Shown here: piece by piece, positions 31,750 through 33,761 of the stretch
Layout of the letters: each line of letters begins with the position of its first letter
Position numbering within the stretch: the stretch's first letter is position 1
NCBI RefSeq assembly: GCF_001194135.2
Contig: NC_068986.1
Coordinates: forward strand, 92,417,740-92,451,500
Direction: 5' to 3'
Source: Octopus bimaculoides
Lineage: Eukaryota
Length of the DNA: 33,761 bases
Notes under the pieces: model-generated
Databases searched by the model: none
The model's input: the letters and a program-made list of their open reading frames with translations, nothing else
What the model was told of the DNA's origin: nothing
Position numbers and translations under genes: made by a program

Positions 31750-31990
31750 AATGTGACTCACAATCCATCTTTTCAGTCATGCCATGTCACCACTTGGCAG
31801 AGAGATATACTACACATGAATATCCGGTGATAAATTGCATTGGATGCAGTGTGGTACTGCATCTCTCTTTGTTGTTCAGTCTCTAACTGTACACCTGTAG
31901 ATTCTGATGGTCACCATATTGAAAACATACCAGTAAGATCTGGTCAGAACGTTATAGCTGCTGTTTTTTTTTTTTTACACCTGATAGTGG
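31750..31990 (+). pseudogene. Possible RTE-type RT fragment inserted antisense within the LINE
   Basis: FQSCHVTTWQRDILHMNI..KI.....WY...VDSDGHHIENIPVRSGQNVIAAVFF resembles the RTE pattern FDSV.R..LW.IL..YGIP.K.....LY...DG..S..F.V.SGV.QG.V.AP.LF. Highly degraded. Confidence 0.4.
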
Positions 31991-32881
31991 TGTCCCTTCC
32001 AGTACAGCGTTTTATGTTGTTTCTTCAGGTAATATTGAATGTTTTCTATAAAATCTATGCTGATGTTGATGGTAGTTAGAATGGCACATTTATGAGAGTT
32101 TTATGTTCTTGAAGAAGCCATTTTGGTGTCTTTTGTATTAGCTTCATGCACAGCGGCCTGAATCCGTGTTGATATTAGCGGAGGGGAAGTGTGAGTTAGA
32201 AGATTTTCTAGAGTGTCTGAAGTTGTTCATAGGAGGGTGATAAGCCTGTATATTGTTGCTTCACTTGGGTTTTTGTTTGGCTTTAGTATACTTTGCCTTG
32301 CTTTCAGATTCCAGCAATTTGACACAGCTTAAACAAACGGTTGTAGACGTTGGTTTGCGTGATGATTCCTTCAGGCTCTAGATAGTTTAGGAATATATTT
32401 AAGATTTTGCCTGGTAATTAAGTATTTCGAAACTCAACAAGGCTGTGGTGCTTCAAGACACATGTAAGGAACACCCTTCTCTAAGGAGTCAAAACGTGCT
32501 TTCAATGTTGTCTCGATGGTAAGTACACTAAACTTCTCACGAGGACTCAAGACATTTCACGGTGTAGGCACAAGACCAAAGAGGAGATTTACGGACATAT
32601 TCCACTCAGTTCTCCTACAGTTGCTCAATGCAGTGTCGGCTTTGATGGCCATTGCTATCGCGTTGAACAACAGGCTGTATCGGACATTATATTTTGGAGA
32701 CATCCACACCACTCATTGGGAAAATACATGACATGAAATTGAGATCCTACCAAAATTAACGGAAGATAGACTCTTGGTGTGATGTTTTGAAACATCTCGA
32801 TTGCAGCAGCTTGAAAAGGATTTTGCCTGGCCCTTTTGGAGTTTTACACTTCCCTATTGCATTTTGAATGTCAGATGTAAA

Positions 32882-32974
32882 GGTCAGACTTAAAACCGTG
32901 GTCAGACTTAAAACCGTGGTCAGACTTAAAACCGTGGTCAGACTTAAAACCGTGGTCAGACTTAAAACCGTGGT
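32882..32974 (+). repeat. Five perfect copies of an 18-bp unit GGTCAGACTTAAAACCGT
   Basis: Units at 32882, 32900, 32918, 32936 and 32954, plus a trailing GGT. Confidence 0.98.
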
Positions 32975-33761
32975 TTAGGTTGAGAGATGCATACTTTCGT
33001 TGATGTTATTTTGAGTCATTTAGAGTTGTTGATTTTAAAAACCACTTGTTTCATGTTGTAGTGTGGCTATGTTGTTTTAGATTATTATTGTAACATGGAA
33101 ATATGGTGTAATCTTTGTTGCTGGTGGCGCTGCTAACGGCTCTGTATAGTATTTTCTTTGCGGTTGATACTGGATACAAATATCTGTCAGTTTTCAAAAT
33201 TTGTTTTTAATGGTTTATTTTTTAATTCCATGTTTAGTTGTACAATTCTGAGCTTTTGTTTCAGATATGTATCGTGTTAGTGTATTTGTCTTTGAAGCTA
33301 TCACTGGTTTTTATGAGGTTGGTTATTTCTGAAATATAACCAGAGTTCTCTTGTATATGTTGCCATATGGGGTATGCTTTTGGAAGCGCTTATATTTGCT
33401 TCGTTGATTGTATGTTACTACAGTGTTTATGTTGGTGATTCTGGCGCTGTTGAATTATGAAAAGTCTTCATTCTGTTTCTCGGTAGAACTCATTCCACTG
33501 GGTTTATGTGAAGAATGTAAAAGTGTTTTGGATTTCGTCATTGACTTTTGAGTACTTGGGAGGATAATTGGTAGATGATACAAGGAGAGCAGAAGAATTG
33601 TTTGCCATATGATTCTAATAACTACACGAGGGGATCAGAAAGCGATGTCTGCAAAAGAGATCTTTTCATTGGCTTAGTAAGGTACGTTTGTTTTCGGTTA
33701 CTTAGGATACGAAGGGAATTCAATTGTACATACATACATACGCTTATATATATATATATAT

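Larger units (their letters stand above)
30428..33590 (-). pseudogene. Decayed APE-RT LINE ORF2 (I/Jockey-group-like), interrupted by insertions
   Basis: Collinear minus-strand motifs with frameshifts: (SD)HLPIIL (33580-33560), QWNEF, I(W)KQGKV, ILKPNKNP..YR.ITLL (32289-32230), QHGFRP (32171-32154), AILTTINIS, DGVP.GSVL.PTLFN.YLH (from 31594), YVDEIT (31510-31493, YADD-like), KSAVSLLT, PILTLN, RILGI, NILR...ETI..YEQYIRP (to 30429). Confidence 0.88.

Noticed and set aside
32438-32730. GTAAGT donor at 32519 and a C-type-lectin-like FDGHCYR peptide at 32641-32661
   Set aside because: Lies within the span of the decayed minus-strand LINE. The downstream lectin W..A...C pattern is absent.
33624-33645. 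CGAGGGGATCAGAAAG resembling a mariner TIR
   Set aside because: Not preceded by TA, and no matching end in the window.

Overview
Repeat-dominated eukaryotic DNA, intergenic or intronic, with seven N-gaps totalling about 3.4 kb. The SINE families and the very high microsatellite load strongly resemble Octopus (coleoid cephalopod) genomes. That assignment is recognition from memory, not a database result. No intact host protein-coding gene, tRNA/rRNA gene or CRISPR array can be supported, and almost all ORF-track entries are microsatellite or N artefacts. Supported content: (1) many copies of several tRNA-derived or LINE-tail SINE families; (2) three clean MITEs (mariner-type with TA TSD, hAT-type with 8-bp TSD, Tigger-type) and an unclassified 662-bp TIR element; (3) fossil coding remnants, namely a C2H2-finger LINE 3' end (31-207), a CRE-like RLE-LINE endonuclease (~15990-16603), an internally deleted Tc1/mariner transposase (25443-26046) and a ~3.1-kb APE-RT LINE on the minus strand carrying nested insertions (30428-33590); (4) a 36-bp palindromic minisatellite, several fold-back inverted repeats and two dispersed inverted duplications. 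The most notable observation is a set of minimal type I hammerhead-ribozyme motifs. A near-complete one lies at 17617-17658, in an arm of a ~295-bp fold-back whose other arm carries a second copy on the opposite strand. Degenerate relatives occur at 7148-7240 (-), 22606-22643 and 23150-23209. Most share an unusual U-U apposition at the base of helix II, suggesting a Penelope-like or retrozyme-like family.
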